Positions 1-10,054 of a stretch of 64,000 bases of DNA are shown here, in pieces. Source of the stretch: Nitrososphaera sp. (lineage in GTDB: Archaea > Thermoproteota > Nitrososphaeria > Nitrososphaerales > Nitrososphaeraceae); the NCBI GenBank assembly GCA_035562555.1, contig DATMWK010000068.1, positions 17,319-81,318 of the forward strand, in the 5' to 3' direction. Position numbers and translations under genes: made by a program. Every line of letters starts with the position of its first letter. The first letter of the stretch is position 1. The notes under the pieces were generated by a model, which was not told the origin of the DNA, searched no databases, and saw nothing but the letters and a program-made list of their open reading frames with translations.

Positions 1-1329
1 CATCGCCTATGTATGCAGAGATATGTCCTGCTGAATAATGTCTCAAACATTGTAACAACGGGCGTAATTACAGAAGAATAGCAACCTCATTGGCATAATG
101 ACACCTCTTCTCGTATTGACGGACAAACAGTTCAGAGATACATTTGATCACAATGATGTGATATTTTTTACCAATTCATCATTGATCTTTTCTGTTCATG
201 ATTCGGATGGATATGCGAAAGGCATCATCATCATCATTCTGACTGCGGCACCTTTCATTTTGTAAGCGGTTAAGAAGTTGTATATGAGAAAAGTATGTAT
301 TGAAATTGATAAACCTTTTAGACAGGGCAAAAGCTTGCTTTGAGATATTTTTGTCAACAGAATATTGAAGAACATATCGCGCTACAATGCTGATTAGTCA
401 ACAGTTTTTGTTGATCCTTGGTAAGCCTTATCGAAAAATCATTTTTATGATAGCAGCAGAACGCTTTTACCTTTATGTCTACCGTTTTTGGTATATAGAT
501 ATCATAATTGACCATCTCTTTTTCTCGTCCAAATAGAAAGAAGGACCCCATATCTGCTAGACTAAAAATGCCGCTTTTCGAATCCTTTTGCGCCCTAATT
601 GCTAATAATTGTATCAACCTCAACACAACATAAAAATTGGCCCTTTGATATCCTTGTACTGAATCTATTATGACAAGGGAACCGTCAGACTCATGCTTTT
701 GAACGTTGATCTCATAATACCTATCTCGCTGGTATTGTCTTATACTAATAGTATTTAGAAATTTGGAGAAAGAGTCTAAATATCATTCTATATTGATGGC
801 ATACGTATGGATGCTTGGAAGAGAGTCATATGGGCGGTCCGTAACATATTAAAATTTTGAGCCGACATTTATGGAAGATTATTGAAAGCTTTTGAGTCAG
901 AAACATTTTAAGCGTAATTATAATTGAGGCAAAATAGCGGTTGGACCAGATGCTTTCACTCTGGAGCTAGACTGTGTGTTGCAGAATTTGTGATGCTATG
1001 AAGAAGAAGCTAATGCCAATACTGAGGGACCCTTTATTTTGCTTCTAGTTTGCCATACTTGGACTCGACAGACTTCAAATGAGAAAATGAAGGAAAGGAA
1101 TTGTTGCTGCCATACTATTACAATAATAAAAATCTCTATATCCCGGTATAGAAAAATAGCACATTGATTTTGTTTTCGTCAGTTATGAGTGTTGTCTCTT
1201 GTGCTACAGTTAATCAGGTTTTAATTATTCAAAGGACACCCTGTCAGTCGAAATTTTGGCTACAAATTTTTTAAATCCTAAGCTAGATGGAAGGTAATAA
1301 TGATGCTCTCTCTCTTAATTTGATATAAT

Positions 1330-1833
1330 TTAGCTATTACCAGAAATTTTATGCATTAGATCTTTGGCTTGATTTTGTTTTTCTTCAGTTATATTAACGA
1401 CAACCATTCCCTCTAAGGGCTGGCCATAGAGAACGACGGAGCCCTTTGGTGCCATTATGAATAGCGGTAAGGCAAGCATATCCTCTTCTCCTTGTACTTT
1501 CACGGTAACAGGCGGAGGCGTTTCTAACGCGATTTGCAAAACATCAACTGCTTGCTTTGAAATTGTACCTGCGGGGTTAACGCATAACATCTCCTTGGTA
1601 TGATATTTGATGAAGTGGTTGCGCCGCGACCTACGTTCTAACCCGTCAATGACTGCAAGGTGCGGTGTTATACCAAAAGATATTAGGCGCTCAGTGGTTG
1701 CGTCGCCAACCGTGATGATCTTTTTAGCGTCCACCAGCATTGATAAAATTTTTTGTTTGGTTATATTCTTTTCAAGTACCAGCGTTCCAAAGGGTCTCTT
1801 TAGGATATGTTTGTCTCTTATATAAGCCGGCAT
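1330..1833 (-). CDS. GTP-dependent dephospho-CoA kinase family protein (DUF359/COG1909-like)
   Basis: 167-aa ORF. The pattern LKRPFG...ITVGDATT...GITPHLAVIDGLERR...EEDMLALP matches my recollection of the archaeal DUF359 family. Its start overlaps the stop of the upstream Mrp gene by 1 nt. Confidence 0.65.
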   Translation of the reverse strand: MPAYIRDKHILKRPFGTLVLEKNITKQKILSMLVDAKKIITVGDATTERLISFGITPHLAVIDGLERRSRRNHFIKYHTKEMLCVNPAGTISKQAVDVLQIALETPPPVTVKVQGEEDMLALPLFIMAPKGSVVLYGQPLEGMVVVNITEEKQNQAKDLMHKISGNS

Positions 1834-2930
1834 TACTCTTTTTTGGGCTGCTCAGTTGCTTGATTTTCTGACTGTTCCTGCGCTCTGATTTCTGATGCTA
1901 GGATGCTAATTCTTCCTGCAATCAGTTTGGCAGCCTTTGTAAAGGCCTGTGACTGCACTGAGTCTGGCTCAGAGATTATAGTGGGCTTACCAACATCACT
2001 GCTTTCCATTATACCGGGATGGAGAGGGATCTCGCTTATGAAAGGTAACCCAAAGTCTTCGCTTATCTTCTTGCCGCCGCCTTTACCAAACAGAGAAATC
2101 TGCTCATTGCAATTTGGACATTGAAGATAGCTCATATTTTCAATGATGCCTACAATTGGTACATTGAGCTTGTTGAACATTCCGATCGCCTTGACTGCAA
2201 CATTCATTGCCACATTCTGGGGCGTTGTCACTATGAGAATACCTGTAATAGGTATCGTCTGCGCTATTGTCAAAGGTGCATCGCCTGTGCCGGGCGGGAG
2301 GTCAATTATCAAATAATCTAGCTCACCCCAACTCACATCTGTTAGGAATTGCTTGACAATGCCAGAAACAATTGGGCCCCTATAAATGCCCGCCTGTTGT
2401 GATTGCTCATAGAAAAAACCCATTGAAATGACCTTGACACCTTCGACCTCCGGAGGTTGGATCTTATTATTGACTACTTCTGGCGATGCTTGAAGGCCAA
2501 GCATTAAAGGCACGCTTGGCCCATAAATATCAGCATCGAGCAATCCAACTTTTGCACCAGTATGGGCTAATGCAAGGGCGAGGTTTACGGAAACAGTAGT
2601 CTTGCCCACGCCTCCCTTCCCGCTTGCCACTGCGATAATATTCTTGACACCAGGCAATAGCTCATCCATCGAAAGCGACCTGCCTTCCATAACCCTAGCA
2701 GTGACTCTCATGTTCAGATCTTTCACCCCTAGAGATGCCATTGCGGCCCGCACATCACCCTCAATTTCGCTATTGAAGGGGCAAGCAGGTGTTGTTAACT
2801 CTAGAGTAAATGCGACCTTCCCGTCGTTTATCGATAGGTCCTTGATCATACCCATTGACACAATATCTTTGTGAAGCTCAGGATCTACAACTTTCTTGAG
2901 TGAGCTGAGAACCTGATCTACAGTTACCAT
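1833..2930 (-). CDS. Mrp/NBP35/ApbC-type Fe-S cluster carrier ATPase with N-terminal DUF59 domain
   Basis: 365 aa. Deviant Walker A SGKGGVGKTT, a CPNC motif near the C-terminus, and an N-terminal VVDPELHKDIVSMGMI DUF59-like segment. Confidence 0.9.
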   Translation of the reverse strand: MVTVDQVLSSLKKVVDPELHKDIVSMGMIKDLSINDGKVAFTLELTTPACPFNSEIEGDVRAAMASLGVKDLNMRVTARVMEGRSLSMDELLPGVKNIIAVASGKGGVGKTTVSVNLALALAHTGAKVGLLDADIYGPSVPLMLGLQASPEVVNNKIQPPEVEGVKVISMGFFYEQSQQAGIYRGPIVSGIVKQFLTDVSWGELDYLIIDLPPGTGDAPLTIAQTIPITGILIVTTPQNVAMNVAVKAIGMFNKLNVPIVGIIENMSYLQCPNCNEQISLFGKGGGKKISEDFGLPFISEIPLHPGIMESSDVGKPTIISEPDSVQSQAFTKAAKLIAGRISILASEIRAQEQSENQATEQPKKE

Positions 2931-3213
2931 TGGAAAAAATTTGTCTTTACTGTATTTAAATCATCGTATTTGAGGGAAAATCTAGTAGTCTTAGAAACAA
3001 TTTTCAAAATCATAATTACCAATTTTCTTACCAAACGGTGAACGATCCTCTTATGTTTCTAACTTGGAAAGATGCATTACACCCACTCGTAAGCAACATA
3101 GCCTGTCTAGCGACAAGCAAGACTAGCCGCTTCTATGTAATCAACCTGGAGCGCATATCTTCAAATATCATCAACCCTATGATCCGAGAAAAAGATGGAT
3201 CATCGAAGAAAAA

Positions 3214-4131
3214 TTAGGAAGAGAAGATTTTTCTCACATCTTGAAACCTTTTTCTCAGAGTCACAATACTAATATCCCCAGACACTGCTATTTGAGCTTG
3301 GCTTACATTCTCTCCTTCTCTGAGACATGCTGCGTAGAGTACAGCTACGGCAAGCGCATTGGGATCTTTACCATGTGAAATAGGATCGTTCTTGATAGCT
3401 GATAGCATCTCAAGCGCACTCCTATAGGTCTTCTCACTCACCTTTGCCTTATTTGCTATTTTTGCTAGGTATTTATTTGAGTCGATCACCGGCAAGTGAA
3501 GCTCAAGGTTCTGCACAAGCAATCTGTAGCATTTGCCAGCAAATATCGCATCAGTATTCGCTGCTGAAGAGATTTCCTCAAGCGTCCTCGGTATCGAAAG
3601 GTCTCTGCACGCAGCATATACTGCTGCGACTATCAATGCTCTGATCGATCGCCCCTTGATTATCCTCTTGTCAAGAGCCTTCCTATAATTATATGCAGCC
3701 TTCTCGATCAAAGTGTCGCTGAGGGAGAGCTTATCCTTTATAGTACTCAGTATGGCAAATGCGTTCTTCAAGTTACGATGATAACTCCGGTTATTACTTG
3801 AGATCTTGTTCCATCTTCGCATCCTCTGAACTTTGCTTCTCTGCTCAGCACTTATTGCAACTCCATTTGCGTCTACGTTTGAGTATGAGATGAAAGTAGA
3901 TAACCCCATGTCATGAAAAGCAAGTGAAGAGGGCATACCCGTCCTACTCTTGCTTTCCATGTCCTCGCCCGAGTAAGACCTCCATTCTGGTCCCATCGAT
4001 TCAATATTGTCTTTAACGACCATTCCACAGGAAGAACAGATCGCTTCGCTCGTCTCAGAATCAAAAACAATGGACGTACTATTGCACAAAGAGCAAGCCT
4101 CCGTCGGTTCCGATGCAAGTTTGTAACTCAT
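3214..4131 (-). CDS. tfb: Transcription initiation factor IIB (TFB)
   Basis: 305 aa. N-terminal zinc ribbon (CSLCNS...CSSCGMV), followed by two cyclin-like repeats typical of TFB. Confidence 0.92.
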   Translation of the reverse strand: MSYKLASEPTEACSLCNSTSIVFDSETSEAICSSCGMVVKDNIESMGPEWRSYSGEDMESKSRTGMPSSLAFHDMGLSTFISYSNVDANGVAISAEQRSKVQRMRRWNKISSNNRSYHRNLKNAFAILSTIKDKLSLSDTLIEKAAYNYRKALDKRIIKGRSIRALIVAAVYAACRDLSIPRTLEEISSAANTDAIFAGKCYRLLVQNLELHLPVIDSNKYLAKIANKAKVSEKTYRSALEMLSAIKNDPISHGKDPNALAVAVLYAACLREGENVSQAQIAVSGDISIVTLRKRFQDVRKIFSS

Positions 4132-4272
4132 GTCTCAAACGATAAGTGCGGAATTAATTTAAAGGCCATGTATACAGTTTCGTTAAGTGCGCTGCAGTGT
4201 ACTGCAACTCGCTACATAAAACAATACTATAACACAGAAGCGCTCTCTTTAAACACCTAGTGCTCTGTTTAT

Positions 4273-4839
4273 TTGGCATATATGACAGTACTTTCACAGG
4301 ATGGCCGCCCGTCTTCGATTACTCGATCTTTTAGGTTTGAATCCGACGTATTGACTGTACTTGACGAAGAGGCAAAGCGGATGGGAATATCTGTAAACGC
4401 GCTGGTAGGCATCATATTGCGTACATATGTCGAATTTACGCGCTATCTTTCAAAGATAGATATGGTTGTGGTAAATCGTGAACTCCTTACATCTCTCATT
4501 GATCTGCTAAGTGAAGAAGAACTTTATAAGATGGGAGCAAAGCTGGGGCAGACAATGCTAGCAGACACAGTCATGTTTTGGAAAAAAGAAACCACTGAAA
4601 AGGCAGTGATGGAATACATCGAGAAGATGGTCTGCAGATATGGCCGCCTTGGCACTTATGATGAAAGGCGGATGCCAGGCGGGCAGATGGCTATAGTCCT
4701 CCGCCATAGACTTGGTAAGAACGGCTCACGGTTTCTTGAGGGGTATTTGTATGAGGGGCTAAAGCATACACTAGGCGTTGATGCCATCTTCGAAATTACT
4801 GAATCGTCAGTCAAATTGGAAATTCCTGCTATTAGATAA
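4273..4839 (+). CDS. Hypothetical protein with N-terminal ribbon-helix-helix-like segment
   Basis: 188 aa. RSFRFESDVLTVLDEEAKRMGISVNALVGIILRTYVE resembles a CopG/Arc RHH fold. TTG start at 4273, alternative ATG at 4282. Divergent from tfb. Confidence 0.45.
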   Translation: MAYMTVLSQDGRPSSITRSFRFESDVLTVLDEEAKRMGISVNALVGIILRTYVEFTRYLSKIDMVVVNRELLTSLIDLLSEEELYKMGAKLGQTMLADTVMFWKKETTEKAVMEYIEKMVCRYGRLGTYDERRMPGGQMAIVLRHRLGKNGSRFLEGYLYEGLKHTLGVDAIFEITESSVKLEIPAIR

Positions 4840-4897
4840 CAAGCTCAGTATAGGACAAAAAGTTCATAATAACCTCTCCATCTAAATTGCCTGGATT

Positions 4898-5506
4898 ATG
4901 TTTGCCATAGTGCATATGAGCGATGTTGTTAGAATTCCCCCAAATAGGCTTACCCACTCTCTGAATGATGCTGCTGTCCAGATTCTTAAAGAAAAATATG
5001 AAAGCATGATTAGTCCTGAAGTTGGATATGTCATCATGATAACAGATGCTGATCCAAGTTCCATCGGCAAGCTGGTCGCTGGTGACGGTGCGACTTATCA
5101 CAAAGTCACTTTTAAGGCCCTTGCGTTCTATCCCAAGCTTCAAGAAATAATTGAAGGCGAAGTAGTTGAAATTACTGACTTTGGAGCATTTGTAAGAATA
5201 GGCCCTACTGACGCTCTTCTTCACCTCTCACAGATCACTGACGACTATCTTAAAAGCGATGTTAAGCAGGGAGTCATTGTAGCAAATCAGACTGCCCGGT
5301 CGCTCAAGATCGGATCCAAGATCAGGGCAAGGATAACTGCAGTAAGCCTTGGCAAAGGAGCAGGGATGGGCAAAATAGGCATAACTTGTAGGCAGCCGTT
5401 TCTCGGTGCGGTAGAATGGGTTGCTGAGGAGATAAAGAAGGCAAAGGCTGGAGGAGAACAACGGTCACCTCCTGCAAAGGAGAAAAAAGGGGTGGACAGG
5501 AAGTAA
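4898..5506 (+). CDS. rpoE: DNA-directed RNA polymerase subunit E' (Rpo7) with S1 domain
   Basis: 202 aa. N-terminus MF..V.MSDVVRIPPNRL and a central S1-like EGEVVEITDFGAFVRIGP motif. Followed 1 nt later by spt4, the usual archaeal pairing. Confidence 0.85.
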   Translation: MFAIVHMSDVVRIPPNRLTHSLNDAAVQILKEKYESMISPEVGYVIMITDADPSSIGKLVAGDGATYHKVTFKALAFYPKLQEIIEGEVVEITDFGAFVRIGPTDALLHLSQITDDYLKSDVKQGVIVANQTARSLKIGSKIRARITAVSLGKGAGMGKIGITCRQPFLGAVEWVAEEIKKAKAGGEQRSPPAKEKKGVDRK

Positions 5507-5507
5507 A

Positions 5508-5696
5508 ATGGTCAAAGAGAAAGCATGCAGAAAGTGTAAAGTGATAACTACGGGAAAAGTGTGCCCAAACTGCAAGTCAACTGACCTAAGCGCAGACTGG
5601 TCAGGTATTATACTAGTTTTTGATGCTCAGAATTCGCTGGTTGCTAAGACGCTTGACATTATGACTCCTAACAAATATGCGCTTAAGGTCACTTAG
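5508..5696 (+). CDS. spt4: Transcription elongation factor Spt4 (RpoE'')
   Basis: 62 aa. Zinc ribbon CRKC...CPNC followed by W.G..IV.D. Sits immediately after rpoE'. Confidence 0.85.
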   Translation: MVKEKACRKCKVITTGKVCPNCKSTDLSADWSGIILVFDAQNSLVAKTLDIMTPNKYALKVT

Positions 5697-6548
5697 ATGG
5701 ACAATCTGCAGACATTTCTCAATGTTAGAGAAATACTTGCCAATTTTTTGCAAGAGGACGTTGGTGTAGGCGATATTACTAGCGATAACATAATTCCCGC
5801 AGGCCTTGTAGCCAAGGCAGAAATCGTGTGCAAGTCGCACTTTGCAATTGTATCTGGACTTGAAGAAGCCTCGATGCTTTTTGATATCTGTGGCTGCAAG
5901 AGTGAGATCCTTGTTAAGGATGGCTCAAAAGTTGTAAAGGGAACGGTGGTTATGAATGTGTCAGGTTATGCCAGAGCTATTCTAAAGGCAGAAAGGACAG
6001 TCCTAAATATCATAATGAGAATGAGCGGTATAGCAACTGATACTAGGCGCATGGTGGACCTTGCAAAAGGTGTTACAATATTGGCGACTAGAAAGACAGC
6101 ACCGGGGTTACGTTATTTTGATAAAAAGGCAGTCGTTTTAGGTGGCGGAGCCACACATAGAATGCGGCTCGATGACATGGTTTTAATTAAGGATAATCAT
6201 ACTGAGCTCATCTCTGATCTTAGAAAAAGTATCAGGCTTGCCAAGAAAAATGTCGGCTCATTGATAAAGGTTGAATGCGAAGCAAGGACGAAGGAAGAAG
6301 CATTAGCTGCTGTTGCAGCCGAAGCAGATACCGTCATGCTGGACAATTTTACTCCAAAACAAGCTCAAAATACAATAAGGGAGATTAGAAGAAGGAGGTT
6401 CCGAAACAAGATAAAAATAGAGCTTTCAGGCGGCATCAATCAAAAGAATATAAGACGTTACTCGAAAACCAAACCTGATTTTATTTCACTTGGCTTCATT
6501 ACGCACTCATCAAAGGCAATTAATTTCAGTCTCGAAATTATGAAATAG
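5697..6548 (+). CDS. nadC: Nicotinate-nucleotide pyrophosphorylase (quinolinate phosphoribosyltransferase)
   Basis: 283 aa. Typical NadC features (ILKAERTVLN, TRKT.PG.R, GGG..HR..L.D.VLIKDNH, MLDNF). Start abuts the spt4 stop (TAGATG). Confidence 0.9.
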   Translation: MDNLQTFLNVREILANFLQEDVGVGDITSDNIIPAGLVAKAEIVCKSHFAIVSGLEEASMLFDICGCKSEILVKDGSKVVKGTVVMNVSGYARAILKAERTVLNIIMRMSGIATDTRRMVDLAKGVTILATRKTAPGLRYFDKKAVVLGGGATHRMRLDDMVLIKDNHTELISDLRKSIRLAKKNVGSLIKVECEARTKEEALAAVAAEADTVMLDNFTPKQAQNTIREIRRRRFRNKIKIELSGGINQKNIRRYSKTKPDFISLGFITHSSKAINFSLEIMK

Positions 6549-7488
6549 CTAGCATTCGATTGATTGCAAGGCGAGCGTTCTCTGCAGTATGTTCTGGTAC
6601 CTTTACTTCATAGATATCTTCCATCAACGAATTGTAAACTTTCTCTAAAGTAATCTTTTTCATATACTTGCATACCGCATCTGATTTGATAGGTATGAAC
6701 TCCTTCTCTGGATTCTCCTTCTGCATGCGATACAATATCCCAGTTTCAGTAGCTACCACGAATTGCTTTGCACCTGATGCTTTTGCGTGTTTCATCATGC
6801 CTTCAGTTGAAAGTATGTGAGCGTTCTTTACCAATTCATCTCTTGATAGGTGATATAATACTGAAGAAGTGCAACTACATTCTGGATGAACTAGAAAGTC
6901 AGCATTTTTGAAGCTTGCAAGCATCTTGTTTATATCCTCTGCCTTAATACCAGCATGAACATGGCATTCGCCAGGCCAAATGTACATGTTCTCTCTCTTG
7001 GTTATTTCCGCGACGTAAGAGCCTAGAAATAGGTCAGGCAAAAACAATACTTCTTTATCTTTAGGGATGCTATTTACTACCTTCACTGCATTTGATGATG
7101 TACAGCAATAGTCAGACAAGGCCTTTATTTCCGCAGTTGTATTGACATAGCTTACGACCACCGCATCGGGATGCTCTGCCTTCCAAGCTTGCAACTCCTG
7201 AGCATTAATTGTGGAAGCAAGCGAACATCCAGCTTCGAGGTCCGGTATGAGGACTTTTTTGTCTGGACACAGGATCGAGGCTGTCTCCGCCATAAAGTGA
7301 ACTCCACAAAATAAAATTATGTCTGATTCTGTAGTGGCTGCCTTTTTTGACAATGCAAGTGAGTCGCCTATAAAGTCAGCTACGTCTTGCACTTCTGGAA
7401 GCTGGTAATTGTGCGCCAAAACCAGAGCATCTCTTTGTTTCTTTAATTCAAAGACACGATGCTTGTAGTCTAGGTCTAACATTGTCAT
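6538..7488 (-). CDS. nadA: Quinolinate synthase
   Basis: 316 aa. NadA-like throughout (LAHNYQ, CGVHFMAETA, VSYVNT, HPEC). Its 3' end overlaps nadC by 11 nt in convergent orientation. Confidence 0.92.
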   Translation of the reverse strand: MTMLDLDYKHRVFELKKQRDALVLAHNYQLPEVQDVADFIGDSLALSKKAATTESDIILFCGVHFMAETASILCPDKKVLIPDLEAGCSLASTINAQELQAWKAEHPDAVVVSYVNTTAEIKALSDYCCTSSNAVKVVNSIPKDKEVLFLPDLFLGSYVAEITKRENMYIWPGECHVHAGIKAEDINKMLASFKNADFLVHPECSCTSSVLYHLSRDELVKNAHILSTEGMMKHAKASGAKQFVVATETGILYRMQKENPEKEFIPIKSDAVCKYMKKITLEKVYNSLMEDIYEVKVPEHTAENARLAINRMLAIS

Positions 7489-7693
7489 GGCAGTTGATAA
7501 ACATGAGATAATGGGGGGCCTCTACATTTAAAGTAGTATAGTGGAGGACATCGCTGCCTTGAAAATTGAATTTAAAGGCAATACTTGCCACCATCTCGGG
7601 TAATTATAGATGGATTGCGCGATATGAGATTTAGTGGAGGATTATCATGCATACAAATATAAGTATTAATTAATAATTACACAATAGAAATAA

Positions 7694-7876
7694 ATGCCAA
7701 CGCACGGATCGCTTACGAAAGCAGGAAAGGTAAGAGGTCAGACACCGAAGATTCAGGGCAAGCCGAGATTACGCCCCATTGCTAAACTTCGCAACAAAGG
7801 AAATTTTATCAAGCGGTTTGAAAAGAAGAGACTTCCAGGCCAAAAGAAACCAGAACGGCGCGGAAGCAGAAGATAA
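7694..7876 (+). CDS. rps30e: Ribosomal protein eS30 (S30e)
   Basis: 60 aa, very basic. [16 protein letters not shown] is the conserved eS30 N-terminal signature. Confidence 0.85.
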   Translation: MPTHGSLTKAGKVRGQTPKIQGKPRLRPIAKLRNKGNFIKRFEKKRLPGQKKPERRGSRR

Positions 7877-7916
7877 AAATGCCCTCTTAGATATCATATG
7901 TGTTTAGTCATCCTAG

Positions 7917-8750
7917 ATGCCAAAGAAAAATGTTGGCCTAATAGGTTGCGGTACTATCGGAACACATCTAGCTATGGCCATAGAATCTCACACCATAGCT
8001 AACGCTTCGCTTACAGGAGTTTTCGACATTATTGATAGCAATGCAAAGATTCTAAAGTCAAAGTTGAGGGGTAACCCTCAGGTTTATAGTAATTTCGATA
8101 GCCTCATTGACTCCGAGGCAGACATCATAGTAGAGGCCGCCTCGCAAGAAGCTGTCAAAAAGTTTGGCAAGCAGATAATCGAGGCTAACAAAGACTTAAT
8201 GATAATGAGCGTGGGCGCCCTCGCAAATACAATCTTTTTGACGGAATTGCTAGACCTCGCCCCTGTAAGGAAAGGCCGCAGCAAGATCTATGTGCCAAGC
8301 GGAGCAATAGCCGGCATAGACGCGATACGCAGCGTTAGGCATCTTCTGGATTCTATTACACTTACAACCACGAAAAGTCCAAAGGCACTTGCAGGTGCGC
8401 CGTTTTTCGCAACAAGTGAGGTGAACCTTGACACCATAACTAAGATCACAGAGATCTACGACGGCCCAGCTGCAGATGCTGTCAAGTTGTTCCCTGCAAA
8501 TGTCAACGTTGCTGCAGTGCTGAGTCTTGCCGGCCTAGGTGCCGACAAAACCAAGGTTAGAGTGCTAGTAGATCCTCATGCTACTACTAACCAGCATGAA
8601 ATTGTGGCAACCGGTAGATTTGGTGATATCAAAATAACTGTCAATAATGTAACGACTCCTGGAAACCCTAAGACAAGTTTTCTTGCAGTCCTTTCAGCAA
8701 TAGAATGCCTTCGTTCGATATGTGACGATGCCATAAGGATAGGTTCATAG
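7917..8750 (+). CDS. nadX: L-aspartate dehydrogenase
   Basis: 277 aa. N-terminal Rossmann motif GLIGCGTIG, then SGAIAGIDA and NVAA motifs typical of NadX. Located next to nadA and nadC. Confidence 0.82.
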   Translation: MPKKNVGLIGCGTIGTHLAMAIESHTIANASLTGVFDIIDSNAKILKSKLRGNPQVYSNFDSLIDSEADIIVEAASQEAVKKFGKQIIEANKDLMIMSVGALANTIFLTELLDLAPVRKGRSKIYVPSGAIAGIDAIRSVRHLLDSITLTTTKSPKALAGAPFFATSEVNLDTITKITEIYDGPAADAVKLFPANVNVAAVLSLAGLGADKTKVRVLVDPHATTNQHEIVATGRFGDIKITVNNVTTPGNPKTSFLAVLSAIECLRSICDDAIRIGS

Positions 8751-8805
8751 TAGTTATTATTCTCTTCTTAGTTTATATTGGGTTTACGATTGACAAATCC
8801 CAAAC

Positions 8806-9057
8806 ATGAGCTACGGAGGAAGAAACGATAGCTTCGGTCCGAAGCCTGTAGAAACAGGTAAAGAATACGACGTACAGATCACTGAAATTAGCCGCAAAGG
8901 CGACGGGATTGCGAGAATACAAGGATTTGTTATCTTTGTAAAGGGAGGAAAGGTAGGTCAGAACGCGAAGATCCGGATTAGTCAAATCGGACCAAGGTTC
9001 GCCACTGCAGAAATTATCGACGGCTCGACTGCTTCACCAAACGAACCAACAAGTTAA
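8806..9057 (+). CDS. TRAM-domain RNA-binding protein
   Basis: 83 aa. YDVQITEISRKGDGIARIQGFVIFVKGGKVGQNAKIRI fits the small archaeal TRAM fold. Confidence 0.7.
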   Translation: MSYGGRNDSFGPKPVETGKEYDVQITEISRKGDGIARIQGFVIFVKGGKVGQNAKIRISQIGPRFATAEIIDGSTASPNEPTS

Positions 9058-9364
9058 GTTACTGCGCTCTGACAAACGTACGCAGTGACACTTTTTTTCT
9101 TATCATTATGATTCCTCTCTTTCAACATTTATTTTTTCCACCCTTCGAGCCTTCTTCATGTTTGCCCGTTGTAGTGTTCTAATTAGTGCGTGTAATATGC
9201 GCAATACAAGAGTCACCATCCAGTGAATGAAAGATTCCTTTTGTTTTTGCCGCTTGTACTCACGGTACCTCTTCGCTGCAACTGCAGAATATTGTGACAT
9301 GCTAAATTAGCTTGTCTGTGTTCATGATATAAGGGTTAACCCGCCCAAAGAAATTTAGGTTATT

Positions 9365-9784
9365 TTGTTGAAAGATCAACTGCTGATATTGATGCACAAC
9401 AACATAATTGCCATTGTAGCAATTTCGTTTGCAACAGTGGGGGGATTGTGGGCTGTAGGCAAGCTAATGAATCCTGAGGCAAACGTTGATCTACCGGTCG
9501 AGGATATTCTCCTCATAGCGCAGAGAAGCACGTTTAACGATACCAACCCGGACGTTTACGTCACCGTGAATGTTCCAGCAAAGCTTGTTGTGCAAAACAA
9601 CGATGCAGTAACCCATGACCTGAAAGTGGATGCATCTTCAAATGGCGGAGTAACACCAATAAATACTGCCCCACTGCGTGGAGGCCAGAACTTTCTTACG
9701 GCTATAGTAACATCAAAACCTGGCACGTACGAATATTACTGCTCCTATCATCCGCAAATGCGGGGACACATTATCGCTGAGTAA
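9365..9784 (+). CDS. Membrane-anchored plastocyanin-like blue copper protein
   Basis: 139 aa. One N-terminal TM helix. Cupredoxin ligand pattern H (AVTHDL) ... YEYYCSYHPQMRG (C, H, M). TTG start; alternative ATG at 9392. Confidence 0.75.
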   Translation: MLKDQLLILMHNNIIAIVAISFATVGGLWAVGKLMNPEANVDLPVEDILLIAQRSTFNDTNPDVYVTVNVPAKLVVQNNDAVTHDLKVDASSNGGVTPINTAPLRGGQNFLTAIVTSKPGTYEYYCSYHPQMRGHIIAE

Positions 9785-10054
9785 TGTCAGAGAGACGAAG
9801 AGACAGAAAAGGAGATCTGAAAATTCTTATTTCTTTAAATGTATGTTACTATTTGCATTCATAGTATAGCACTTCTATACGGTTATGTCTTATGTCTTAT
9901 TTTATCAATTACGACCAGGGAAAAGCAGATGATCTTTATTTATCTGTGTGCATTGTCATTTCGGGTTCCCCTTCAGTCTAGATTGCAAAGCCTAAGATAA
10001 CCTTGATATAACTTCGCTTTCTGCAACCTTGGATAATCTGAGTTTCTTGTACAT

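Noticed and set aside
753-781. ATTTAGAAAT ... TCTAAAT, both half-sites of the bio palindrome in everted order with a 12-nt spacer
   Set aside because: The half-sites are in the wrong relative orientation. An A/T-rich 9-mer is expected about once by chance in this window, and there is no adjacent biotin gene.
4193-4206. Palindrome TGCAGT-GT-ACTGCA in the tfb/RHH divergent promoter, considered as an RHH operator
   Set aside because: Six-bp arms occur frequently by chance and there is no second copy. Noted only as a place to look if the RHH protein is studied.
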